A stretch of 64,000 nt of DNA, from positions 34,185 through 98,184 of the forward strand of contig CAZKRD010000001.1 of NCBI GenBank assembly GCA_964555185.1. The letters run 5' to 3'. Below the pieces are notes generated by a model. That model saw only the letters and a list, made by a program, of their open reading frames with translations, had not been told where the DNA came from and did not search any database. Within the stretch, counting starts at the first letter, position 1. Each line of letters begins with the position of its first letter. This DNA comes from an uncultured Candidatus Saccharibacteria bacterium. GTDB lineage: Bacteria > Patescibacteriota > JAQUNI01. This document shows positions 46,577 through 55,425 of this stretch, piece by piece. The position numbers and the translations under genes are program-made.

Positions 46577-47005
46577 ATGAGAAGAATAGTATCTGCTGTT
46601 GGTGTTCTACTCTGCTGCTGGATTGTTCTTAGTTGTGATTGCCCCAGTCCTGTTGTTGGCAATCCAAGGGGCCATAGATTTGAATTTATCAACAAGACCT
46701 ATGGCGTTGGAGCTATTAATGTTCACGTTATTGCTATGGGTGATGGCAAAAGTTTCTGGATACGCGGGTTGAAATATGGCTATATGGATAGTGTAGAAGT
46801 TCAGGCCGATCTCTTTGAGACTTATGATATAATTTACATTATCCCGGCATACCAGAATGGCCATCAATGGTTTGAACTTCGCCACTATGACTGGGATAAT
46901 TATATTGTTCCTGAGAGTGGTGAGTATGGGATCATCGAAATGATCAGCCCAGAAGGTGTCAATAGGTATGATTGGGAGGAATGGACAGAGATTGATCCTC
47001 CTTAG
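46577..47005 (+). CDS. Small secreted lipoprotein, hypothetical.
   Basis: Signal peptide with a lipobox-like LSC (MRRIVSAVGVLLCCWIVLSC|D). RBS aggagg is present. The G+T-rich codon usage is atypical for this window. Confidence 0.5.
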   Translation: MRRIVSAVGVLLCCWIVLSCDCPSPVVGNPRGHRFEFINKTYGVGAINVHVIAMGDGKSFWIRGLKYGYMDSVEVQADLFETYDIIYIIPAYQNGHQWFELRHYDWDNYIVPESGEYGIIEMISPEGVNRYDWEEWTEIDPP

Positions 47006-47089
47006 GCGCTAGCCAGATTGGTTAGCGTTTTTTTATTTTGAATAAAAAGTATGTTATAATGATTTTGTGCAACCAGTATCTAATAATTT

Positions 47090-47446
47090 ATGAGCAGTAA
47101 AAATCATTTTAAAAAACACAAAAGCCGCAAGTTCCGCAAGGCCAAAATAAAATCCCCTCAAAAGAATTATTGGGAGGGTGTGGCCAGTGATCCGGAAGAG
47201 AAAGGTGAACTTGATCGAGTTCCCGAAAGACAGAAACAAAACAGAGAGAAGATTATTAAAGCCCCCCTGTCCAAAGAAGAGCCAGAGGCAAAGACAGAAA
47301 ACAAAGATATTGCTTCAGATTGCAAAAAGGTCTTGACAACTTTTTTGGGGTTTGCTATACTATTATTAGTACTGTGGATAATTAAAATCAAAACTTCTCT
47401 TTTCGATATCGCAGTAGATTACTTTTACAAAATTTTTGCTCTTTGA
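47090..47446 (+). CDS. Hypothetical basic protein with a C-terminal TM anchor.
   Basis: 118 aa with a K-rich N-terminus and a C-terminal hydrophobic helix. Confidence 0.35.
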   Translation: MSSKNHFKKHKSRKFRKAKIKSPQKNYWEGVASDPEEKGELDRVPERQKQNREKIIKAPLSKEEPEAKTENKDIASDCKKVLTTFLGFAILLLVLWIIKIKTSLFDIAVDYFYKIFAL

Positions 47447-48332
47447 TCTTTGAGTGATAATTAGAGTGTCACTCAAACCCTAAAAACAAAAAAGAAAAAA
47501 ACAAAAAGACACGGACGAGTAATGGAAGATAAAACAAAAAGAAAAACAAAAATTATAAAAAACAATTTGCATTTATCCTATTAGGTGTTTGACTTAATAG
47601 GAGGAAGGGCCCTTCCAAGGTTTCGTTTTATGACTGGGCATTTTAGGGGCTAATGGTCGGAAGTTTTTTGTTTATCCAGAATATTTTTTGATTTTAAATA
47701 ATTTAGCCAGTAATCGTAATTTTCCTGTTTCAGGTTCAACCTGAACTGTCACCCCTTGGAATAACCACCCCTTGGAATAATTGAGTCCCCTCTTCTTCAT
47801 TTAAATAATTAAACGTTCTGGGTAAATCATTTTTTGGTTTCAGTTGGTCTTTATTAATCTTGATGTTTTCAAGTTGATCAGGGAATATATTTTTTATTTT
47901 TAAGCCTCCTATAAAATTAAAAATAAAGACACTCCTGATTGGTTAATGCAAATCTCGTTCGGTTTGCAACTCGCCTCAAATTTTGGGTCAATTTCGAGTT
48001 GTCGTGAAATTTGAAAACTGTTTCAGTATTTTTGTGAGGAGATTTTATTTTTTTACTTGTTTGTCGCGAGAAGAAAAAGAATTCTTAAATCCACTATTTT
48101 TATTTACTCGCCGCTCACTGTTAAGACCATGGGTCTTGCCGTGTGATCCCACCGTGAATTCGGAAATACCCTCTGTCCGGTAGGCAGGCTTTGATCGTCC
48201 CTCGACAAGCTCTGGACTCGCTCGTAATGACATTTTGTGAGTTTCCAGATTCACGGATTCCACTTTTGACAATTCATTTGTTTTTTGTTTTTATTTTCAA
48301 GAACCCCTTTAGAACAATTGAGGTAATGGATG

Positions 48333-49757
48333 TTATACATTATATTGACTGTCTTGTAAAGAGGTTAAGGTCCAGATAAAGCCCAAGACAAGCCAAAAGA
48401 TCAATATACCCTGTTGAAGATCATAAAAGTAATGATCAAAAAGCCCGATCAAGCAATAGGCAATAAGAACCGCAGATAAAGTCAAACTTTCAAGTTTGTT
48501 CTTGGAGATTTTAAATCTAAGATAAAAGGTTAAGTAAAGAAAGGTGAGGAAAATTAACAGTCCGGGCAGGCCTATCTCCGCGGCATAAGCAAGGTAGATG
48601 TTATGGACTGGTTGAAAGCGCCAGCCGGGGAAATCAAAACCAAGATAAGAAGAGAGCGCGGGGACAAAGTTTCCGATTCCAATCCCCAAGAGAGGATTTT
48701 TAGAAATGATCAGCAAGCCAAGCTTGTTAAGCAGGATGCGGTTAGAGAGAGCAAAATCTGAATCAGGGGAATCAGTAACTCGCGACCGGGCGGCCAGTTC
48801 AGGCCAAAACAAAACTGATAAAATAATTATCGTGATCATTAAACTTACTATAAGAGGGAAGTAATTTTTTAAAAGAGAATTTTTGAAAATATAAATCAGA
48901 AGCAATCCCAAGATGATTGCGAAACCGAACCAGGCGGTGCGTGAAAAGGTAAGGATCAAGACAAAAACAAAAAATAGGACAGTAAGGATCAATCCACTTT
49001 TCAAAAATAATTTTTGCAGAGACGATTTCTGGCTCGGGCGGAAAATTTTTTGATAGAGCAAAAAGCAAAGCGGAATAACAAAGATCAAGAATCCAGCCAG
49101 AAGGTTGGGGTGGGGAAGCGTGCCATAGCCGCGGATTATTTTTTGACCCTGGACTACGATCTTCGCCACGCCGACAAGTTCTGGCGAGAGATCAGTCTCG
49201 CCGAAGATTTTTAAACCCAGCGAGTGTTGCTTCCAGTATTGGGAAGCAGCAATTACACCTTGAATCAGGCCGCTGAAAATTAGGCTCAAATAAGCCAAAA
49301 AACGGGGTCTTTGTTTTGAAAAATTTTTAACCACAAAAACAAAAAGCAGAATTGCTTCTGAAAGTTTTAAGAGGCGATAGAGGCCAACCTTCAGGTTTGG
49401 GCTTTGGGGCACAGAGAGCAGAGACCAGAGGACGAGGCCAGCTAATAACCAATAACCTACAATCTTCAATCCGCAGTCCCTGGTCCTTGATTTTCTTTGT
49501 TCGGTTTTTTTAAGAAGGGACAATTCTCCAAGCCAAAAGAGAAGAGCAATTCCAAAAATAATATCAGAGAGATATAAACTGATTGCGGTCCATTCATTAA
49601 ATTGCCCCGCGATCGGATCAAAAGAAAAAATATGCCGCTTCTGCCAGGGGAGGACAACGAGGAAGATAAAAAAAGAAAGATATTTTAATTTGGCGAGAAT
49701 GATTTTAATTTTTTCTTTTGACATATGGTGAAAGTAAAATTCTTTAAATTCTACCAC
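48333..49757 (-). CDS. O-antigen ligase / Wzy-like polytopic membrane protein.
   Basis: About 12 TM helices with a large periplasmic loop, the pattern typical of the Wzy_C/O-antigen ligase family. Confidence 0.45.
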   Translation of the reverse strand: MVEFKEFYFHHMSKEKIKIILAKLKYLSFFIFLVVLPWQKRHIFSFDPIAGQFNEWTAISLYLSDIIFGIALLFWLGELSLLKKTEQRKSRTRDCGLKIVGYWLLAGLVLWSLLSVPQSPNLKVGLYRLLKLSEAILLFVFVVKNFSKQRPRFLAYLSLIFSGLIQGVIAASQYWKQHSLGLKIFGETDLSPELVGVAKIVVQGQKIIRGYGTLPHPNLLAGFLIFVIPLCFLLYQKIFRPSQKSSLQKLFLKSGLILTVLFFVFVLILTFSRTAWFGFAIILGLLLIYIFKNSLLKNYFPLIVSLMITIIILSVLFWPELAARSRVTDSPDSDFALSNRILLNKLGLLIISKNPLLGIGIGNFVPALSSYLGFDFPGWRFQPVHNIYLAYAAEIGLPGLLIFLTFLYLTFYLRFKISKNKLESLTLSAVLIAYCLIGLFDHYFYDLQQGILIFWLVLGFIWTLTSLQDSQYNV

Positions 49758-49845
49758 GCCAGCAATTTACAAGCAATGGAGTTTTATAATATACTGAATA
49801 CAAACAAACTTTAAACTTTGCACTTTGAATTTTGAACTGAATCCC

Positions 49846-49919
49846 GCCCCTGTAGCTCAGCTGGATAGAGCAGCGCACTCCTAACGCGCAGGTCACACGT
49901 TCGAATCGTGTCAGGGGCA
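49846..49919 (+). tRNA. tRNA-Arg(CCT), no encoded CCA.
   Basis: GCCCCTGTAGCTCAGCTGGATAGAGCAGCGCACTCCTAACGCGCAGGTCACACGTTCGAATCGTGTCAGGGGCA. Anticodon loop CTCCTAA, with one A:C mismatch in the anticodon stem. Confidence 0.7.
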
Positions 49920-50071
49920 CAAGGTACATAATCTAGATTTTTTATTTGGGTTTTGATATAATAATTACAAAACAAAAAGCCAAATCTGAATCAGGAGGGA
50001 TTTGGCTTTGTTTGGTCCTTTTCAAACTTACTTATCTAATCCTGTAACTGGCAACACAAGGAGGAATGGTT

Positions 50072-51556
50072 ATGATTGAGCGATATACAGACGGGAAGAT
50101 TGTTGAAATCTGGTCCGATTCACACAAACTGTCTCTTTGGCAAAAGACAGAACTGGCAGTGATTGAGGCGATGGCCAATTTGGGGCGGATTGAAAGAGGG
50201 GTCTACAGCCGCATCCGTGAGGCCTTGGATGGTAATCCCATAGATATAGAATGGTGGAAACAAAGAGATCAAGAAATTCATCATGATCTTAATGCTTTCC
50301 TTGATGAGCGTGCGCGTTTCTTGGGCGCTGATCTAGAGCAATATTGGCATCAGGGACTCACTTCTTATGATACAGAAGAGCCTGCTTTTGCCAGAATGCT
50401 TCGATCATCACTGCACAGGGTCGAAGCCCATTACGGCAATTTAGTAGAAGCTTTAAAAGAGAAGGCGTGGCAGTATCGTTATGTGATTATGATCGGTCGC
50501 ACCCATGGCCAGGCCGCTCAATTGCAAAGCGCTGGCAAGAGGTTCTTGTGCTGGCTTCAAGATCTTGCTGTAGATGAGGTGAGTTTATTGAAAGCAGGGA
50601 GGAACCTCAAATATTCTAAACTCTCTGGCGCAATTGGCAATTATGGAGGCCTTGATCCTGATTTAGAGAAAGAGGCTTTGCGTGTCTTAGGATTCGAGCC
50701 TTTCTATGGTGCAACTCAAATTATGCCTCGTGAGATGTGCGCACCTTTGGCTCAAGTGCTTTGCCAGCTGGTTTGTACTTTAGACAAAATTGCAGTTGCA
50801 ATACGGTTAGGCGCGAGAAGTCCGCATCCGATCTATCAGGAGCCGTTTGGCCAAAAACACAAAGGCTCTTCTGTTATGCCTCAGAAGAAGAACCCGATCC
50901 GTAGCGAGCAAGTTGAAGGTATGGCTAATATGGCTAAGGCGTATTTGCGGATGATCATGGATAACATCCGCACCTGGGAAGAAAGAGCAATTGAACAGTC
51001 TTGCGTAGAAAGGGTTGCTTGGCCTGATCTTTTCCATATTGTTGTCCATGTGCTCAAAAGAATGGAAAAGGTGCTTCAGGGCTTAGTGATTTATCCTGAC
51101 AATATGCTCTGGGAGATCCATGAAAGCCGAGGATGTTATGCTTCTTCCGAGGCCAAGGAGTTTCTGAAGCGAGAGGGAGTAGAATATGGTCTTAGCGCTG
51201 AAGACGCCTACCGGATTGTGCAGCTTGCTGCTTTTATTGCTTTCGAACCAGGTGATCGTTTGCGAGATTTGCGCACAGACCTGCCTATTTCTCTAGTGGA
51301 AGCAGACCATCTACTTTTAGCTTTCCCGCAGATGCCCAAATCCCCTGATGTTTCTCTATGTTATATTATCAGGGAGGGCCTCTTGAGTATTTCAGAAGAG
51401 CTTGCCGCCACAGAGGAGGAAATAAAAAGGTGGGTAGAGATTTTAGAGAAGATTTTCACTGAACAGGAAAAACGTGATGATTGGAATCGGCTTTTTTTGC
51501 CCTCTTATCTCTTGCGTAATGAGGAAAAACTCTACCAAGAGATTTTGAGTCTATAA
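50072..51556 (+). CDS. purB: Adenylosuccinate lyase.
   Basis: Fumarate-lyase signature GSSVMPQKKNP and a PurB-like N-terminus ERYTDGKIVEIWSD. RBS aaggagg at 7 nt. Confidence 0.8.
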   Translation: MIERYTDGKIVEIWSDSHKLSLWQKTELAVIEAMANLGRIERGVYSRIREALDGNPIDIEWWKQRDQEIHHDLNAFLDERARFLGADLEQYWHQGLTSYDTEEPAFARMLRSSLHRVEAHYGNLVEALKEKAWQYRYVIMIGRTHGQAAQLQSAGKRFLCWLQDLAVDEVSLLKAGRNLKYSKLSGAIGNYGGLDPDLEKEALRVLGFEPFYGATQIMPREMCAPLAQVLCQLVCTLDKIAVAIRLGARSPHPIYQEPFGQKHKGSSVMPQKKNPIRSEQVEGMANMAKAYLRMIMDNIRTWEERAIEQSCVERVAWPDLFHIVVHVLKRMEKVLQGLVIYPDNMLWEIHESRGCYASSEAKEFLKREGVEYGLSAEDAYRIVQLAAFIAFEPGDRLRDLRTDLPISLVEADHLLLAFPQMPKSPDVSLCYIIREGLLSISEELAATEEEIKRWVEILEKIFTEQEKRDDWNRLFLPSYLLRNEEKLYQEILSL

Positions 51557-51573
51557 TTAAGGAGGAATGGATT

Positions 51574-52086
51574 ATGGCTAAAGTTGCGGTTGTTGTAGGT
51601 AGTAAGAGTGACCTTGAGATAGTAAAAGAGTCTGGAATGTTAGAGGTGTTTAACGAAATGGGCGTGCCTATAGAGGTATCGATCATTTCCGCGCACCGTA
51701 ACCCAGATACACTACCGAACTATTGCCAGAAGGTTCTTAAGAGAAATGATGGCCGGGTGATTTTCATTGCCATTGCTGGAATGGCTGCTGCCCTGGCAGG
51801 CGCGATTGCCGCCCATGCCCGGAAAACGTCAGTGATTGGCGTACCTTTGCCTTCCCGAGAAAAACCAGAAGCGGAAGATGCTTTGTACGCTATGCTTCAA
51901 ATGCCCAAAGATGTTCCGGTGGCTGTGCCTGGAATAGGGAAGTCTGGATTATACAAGGCCGCCATCTTGGCTTGCCAGATTTTGGCCCTGACGGATTCAG
52001 ACTATTGGCTCGCACTAGATGGTTTTATTAAAGATCATCATAAAGAGCCCCAGATTGATATTTCGTTATCAGAAGAGGAGGAGTGA
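51574..52086 (+). CDS. purE: Phosphoribosylaminoimidazole carboxylase catalytic subunit / N5-CAIR mutase.
   Basis: MAKVAVVVGSKSDLEIVKE...SAHRNPD...GMAAALAG is the PurE fold signature. RBS aaggagg. Confidence 0.85.
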   Translation: MAKVAVVVGSKSDLEIVKESGMLEVFNEMGVPIEVSIISAHRNPDTLPNYCQKVLKRNDGRVIFIAIAGMAAALAGAIAAHARKTSVIGVPLPSREKPEAEDALYAMLQMPKDVPVAVPGIGKSGLYKAAILACQILALTDSDYWLALDGFIKDHHKEPQIDISLSEEEE

Positions 52087-52089
52087 ACA

Positions 52090-53115
52090 ATGGGAGCAAA
52101 GATTCCAGAAGCAATTCAGGAAACAGCGTTAAGCCGTAAGCTTGCTGCTGCCGGTCTTAATCGAGTTTATCAAGGTAAGGTCCGGGATACTTGTGCCGTA
52201 CCAAGTAATGACAAACTTCTACTGGTTGTTGCTTCAGGTCGTTTGAGTATTTTTGACTTTGTGTTGAATTGCCAGGTGAAAGATAAAGGTCAAATCTTGA
52301 CTGCTCTAACCATCTTCTGGCTGACCACTGTATTGAAAGATACAATACATCACTTGATCGCTTTCGGTGCAGGCATTGATGCGTATTTACCTCCTGACTT
52401 GAGAGGAAATCCAGAGTTGCAAGCCAGAGCCGTGGTGGTCAGAAAACTTGAGATAATATCAGTTGAATGCGTGGTCAGAGGTTGTCTTACGGGTTCGGGT
52501 TGGCGATCCTATCGAATGGATGGCACTGTTTGTGGTCAGAGCTTGCCACCTGGTTTGCATGATGGATCAAGACTAGATAAGCCTATTTTTACACCAACGA
52601 GCAAGGCAGTATTTGGTCATGATCAGCCCATGACTAGGGAGCAGGTAAGGCAGAGACATACAGAAGAGCTAGAAGATTTTAGTTTGGCATACTATAACAC
52701 AGCACGTAGTTATGCTGAAGAACACGATGTCATCATCGCTGATACTAAATTTGAGTTTGGCCGTTTAGACGACGGATCACTCTCTGTTCTTGCTGATGAG
52801 GTAATTACCCCTGATTCATCGCGTTTCTGGGACCGAGAAGAATGGGAAATAGCCCAAAAAGAACAGAGAGCACCTCAAGGTTATGATAAAGAGCCTGTGC
52901 GTCAAGAGGGCAAGGGAGTTGAAACGCCTTTTTCCGGTTTAACTGGTATTCATAGTCTTGATGCGCAGGATGAAGAGCATATCATATTTGTACATCAATG
53001 GAGGGTTCCAAAAGAGGTTCTTTCCGCCACTAGAAAACGTTACCGCACGATCTTTGAACGTTTAACTGGGAGGTCTCTTGAAAGCTTCCAGAGAGATGTG
53101 ATGCACATTGGCTAG
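52090..53115 (+). CDS. purC: Phosphoribosylaminoimidazole-succinocarboxamide (SAICAR) synthase, long form.
   Basis: YQGKVRDTCAV...LLLVVASGRLSIFDFVL...IADTKFEFG are PurC motifs. Confidence 0.8.
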   Translation: MGAKIPEAIQETALSRKLAAAGLNRVYQGKVRDTCAVPSNDKLLLVVASGRLSIFDFVLNCQVKDKGQILTALTIFWLTTVLKDTIHHLIAFGAGIDAYLPPDLRGNPELQARAVVVRKLEIISVECVVRGCLTGSGWRSYRMDGTVCGQSLPPGLHDGSRLDKPIFTPTSKAVFGHDQPMTREQVRQRHTEELEDFSLAYYNTARSYAEEHDVIIADTKFEFGRLDDGSLSVLADEVITPDSSRFWDREEWEIAQKEQRAPQGYDKEPVRQEGKGVETPFSGLTGIHSLDAQDEEHIIFVHQWRVPKEVLSATRKRYRTIFERLTGRSLESFQRDVMHIG

Positions 53116-53189
53116 ATATCGCCACAGAGCATTTTAGACACACATAGGCACCAATTTATCTTTGAACGGTGCCTTTTTTATAATTCGCA

Positions 53190-53345
53190 GTGAGCCTGCC
53201 TGCCGGTAGGCAGGGTAGGCAGGGAGAAAGTGAAATTCCTTTTCACTTTATTCGGGATTATTGTCATTACCCGTAGGGGCAACCCTTGTGGTTGCCCGTC
53301 TGTGGCATTTGTTTAGCCGACAATGGGCAACCACAAGGGTTGCCC
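53190..53345. repeat. Family C element, copy 3: cctgcc/ggcagg hairpin, agaaagtgaaattccttttcacttt hairpin, then a 25-bp perfect inverted repeat (gtaggggcaacccttgtggttgccc) around a 27-nt loop.
   Basis: The perfect inverted repeat is visible directly at 53268-53344. Confidence 0.7.
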
Positions 53346-53494
53346 CTACAAAACCGTCCCAGACTAGGTGATATTATTGGCGCATTTAAATCAATGACAA
53401 CCTGTAGTTACATCCAAAATTAAGAATTTCGAGCTTGCTTGATTTGTCTGAATTTTGCTATATTTAAAGAATGAGAATAAGATACTAGAAACAA

Positions 53495-54148
53495 ATGACC
53501 CTGCCTTCAGAAATTGAAAAAAAATTAAAACAAAAAAGTCACAAAACAATCATTGGCGTGGATGAGGCCGGGCGCGGGCCTTGGGCCGGTCCTGTGGTCG
53601 CGGCTGCTGTTTTTTTGCCGGATCGTGCTCAAAATCGCGTTTCCGATATTCTTTTGGACAGGATTACTGATTCCAAAAAAATAAGCGAAAAGCTGCGGGA
53701 GGAACTTTTTGATTTAATCTGTGAACAAGGGGAGTATGGGATTGGAATTGTAAGTCCTTTTCTTGTTGATAGATTAAATGTTTTGGGCGCTACTTTTCGG
53801 GCGATGCAAAAAGCGGTTTTGGAATTGTCTCGAGTTCTTCCTGTAGAGATTAGTTATGTTTTGGTTGATGGTAATTTAGAAATTCCCAGACTCTCTTATT
53901 TCCAGAGTCCCGTAGTCCACGGCGATTCTCTGGAGCGACTAATCGCGGCCGCTTCGATTGTCGCTAAAGTAACCCGCGATCGCTTGATGCTGAAATTAGA
54001 CAAGAAATATCCCCAGTACGGTTTTGCCCAGCACAAAGGGTATGGTACAATGGGACATAGAGAAGCATTATTACAGTATGGGGTATGTCCGGTGCACAGA
54101 ATGAGCTTTAGGCCAATTCGGGAGATTGATCAAATTTATAATTCTTAA
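53495..54148 (+). CDS. rnhB: Ribonuclease HII.
   Basis: IGVDEAGRGPWAGPVVAAAVFL is the DEAGRG active site. VDGN..., ASIVAKVTRD. Confidence 0.9.
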   Translation: MTLPSEIEKKLKQKSHKTIIGVDEAGRGPWAGPVVAAAVFLPDRAQNRVSDILLDRITDSKKISEKLREELFDLICEQGEYGIGIVSPFLVDRLNVLGATFRAMQKAVLELSRVLPVEISYVLVDGNLEIPRLSYFQSPVVHGDSLERLIAAASIVAKVTRDRLMLKLDKKYPQYGFAQHKGYGTMGHREALLQYGVCPVHRMSFRPIREIDQIYNS

Positions 54149-54284
54149 TTTCTAATTTTTAATTAATGCTTAATTTGTAATGATTTAATTTTCAAAAAAT
54201 CAAAACGCGTGATAGGTTTGAAAATTAAAAATTAGGTTATTAAAAATTGATTAAAAACTAAAAATTAAAAATTTATTCAAATTC

Positions 54285-54827
54285 ATGCCAAGAATAGAGG
54301 GTTTTATCAAACCAGAAAAAGTTTTAGACCGCGTGGAGCTTTCAGAGAGAGCCCAGGTCGCTGACTTGGGCTGCGGCGCGGGGTTCTTTAGCTTAACCGC
54401 GGCTACCTTTGTCGGCGAGACCGGCAAGGTCTATGCGGTTGACATCCAGCAATCAGCTCTGTCCGCAGTAGACGACAGGGCTCATTTGCAGGGGTTAGAA
54501 GATGTGATCAAACTGGTCTGGGCTGATCTAGAGGTTTTGGGGAGCACTAAAATCAAAAAGAACTCCATTGATCTCGCGATTGTCGTCGATGTCTTGTTTC
54601 AAAATGAAGGACCAGAGAAGATTTTACGAGAAGCCCAAAGGATGGTTAAACCAGGCGGCAAGATTCTAATTATTGACTGGAAGACAAAAAAACTGCCCTT
54701 GGGACCATTGCCGGATAATAGGATTTCAGAGCACAAAGTAAAACAGCTCGCCGAGGGTTTAGACTTGAAGCTAGTTGATTCCTGGGATCCCAGCCCCTAT
54801 CATTATTCTCTGGTCTATAAAAAGTAA
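54285..54827 (+). CDS. Class I SAM-dependent methyltransferase.
   Basis: VADLGCGAGFFS motif I and KPGGKILIID. Confidence 0.7.
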   Translation: MPRIEGFIKPEKVLDRVELSERAQVADLGCGAGFFSLTAATFVGETGKVYAVDIQQSALSAVDDRAHLQGLEDVIKLVWADLEVLGSTKIKKNSIDLAIVVDVLFQNEGPEKILREAQRMVKPGGKILIIDWKTKKLPLGPLPDNRISEHKVKQLAEGLDLKLVDSWDPSPYHYSLVYKK

Positions 54828-54874
54828 CCTCTTGATTTTTTAAATCAAGAGGTCATTGCGAGCGATTTCGTTCC

Positions 54875-55255
54875 ATGATTATTAGAGACAAAAGGAAAAT
54901 TGGCGAGCTGGGTGAAAATTTGGCTTGCCAGTATTTAAAGAGAAAAGGTTACAAAATCATTGGCCGTAATTTCAGGAAAACAGGGGGAGAGATTGACATT
55001 ATTGCCCGCGATCAGAAGAATGGAATTTTGGTTTTCGTTGAAGTTAAAACAAGAACCGGCAATGCCTTTGGTCAGCCGCAGGAAGCGGTTGATTTTTTTA
55101 AACAAAGGAAACTTAAAAAAGCCGTTTTTGCTTATCTCAATCAAAAGAGGAGTGATTGCGATTTCCAGATTGATGTTATTGCCATTCTTTTAAATTACAA
55201 GATAAGAAAGGCGCGGATTAAACACTATCAGAATGTTGTGGAAGAGAGTTGGTGA
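54875..55255 (+). CDS. yraN: YraN-family (UPF0102) endonuclease.
   Basis: GELGENLACQYLKRKGYKIIGRNFRKTGGEIDIIARD...VFVEVKTR. The rnhB-yraN neighbourhood is common. Confidence 0.8.
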   Translation: MIIRDKRKIGELGENLACQYLKRKGYKIIGRNFRKTGGEIDIIARDQKNGILVFVEVKTRTGNAFGQPQEAVDFFKQRKLKKAVFAYLNQKRSDCDFQIDVIAILLNYKIRKARIKHYQNVVEESW

Positions 55256-55425
55256 TTTTGCTTTACTTGATTTTTTTTATATGCTATTCTAAAAGAGTGA
55301 ATAATGGTGGTTAAGATTAGAGCCTTTCCTGTCCGGAAAGGTATTTTTGTAAAAATAGGAACGAGCGAGTCACGAGTAGGCCTCTTATCTAGGGGTGATC
55401 CCGCGTGCTCGCCCGAAATAAATCC

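Noticed and set aside
47560-47700. tmRNA 5' end (ggggctaatggtcggaag resembles GGGGCUGAUUCUGGAUUCGACGG)
   Set aside because: The similarity is short. No matching 3' tRNA-like T-arm or ACCA end was found downstream on either strand. Left as unverified; see the non-coding island finding.
48045-48272. 75-aa minus-strand ORF inside the non-coding island
   Set aside because: No RBS, odd composition, and it overlaps stem-forming repeats. The region is more likely non-coding RNA or structural DNA.
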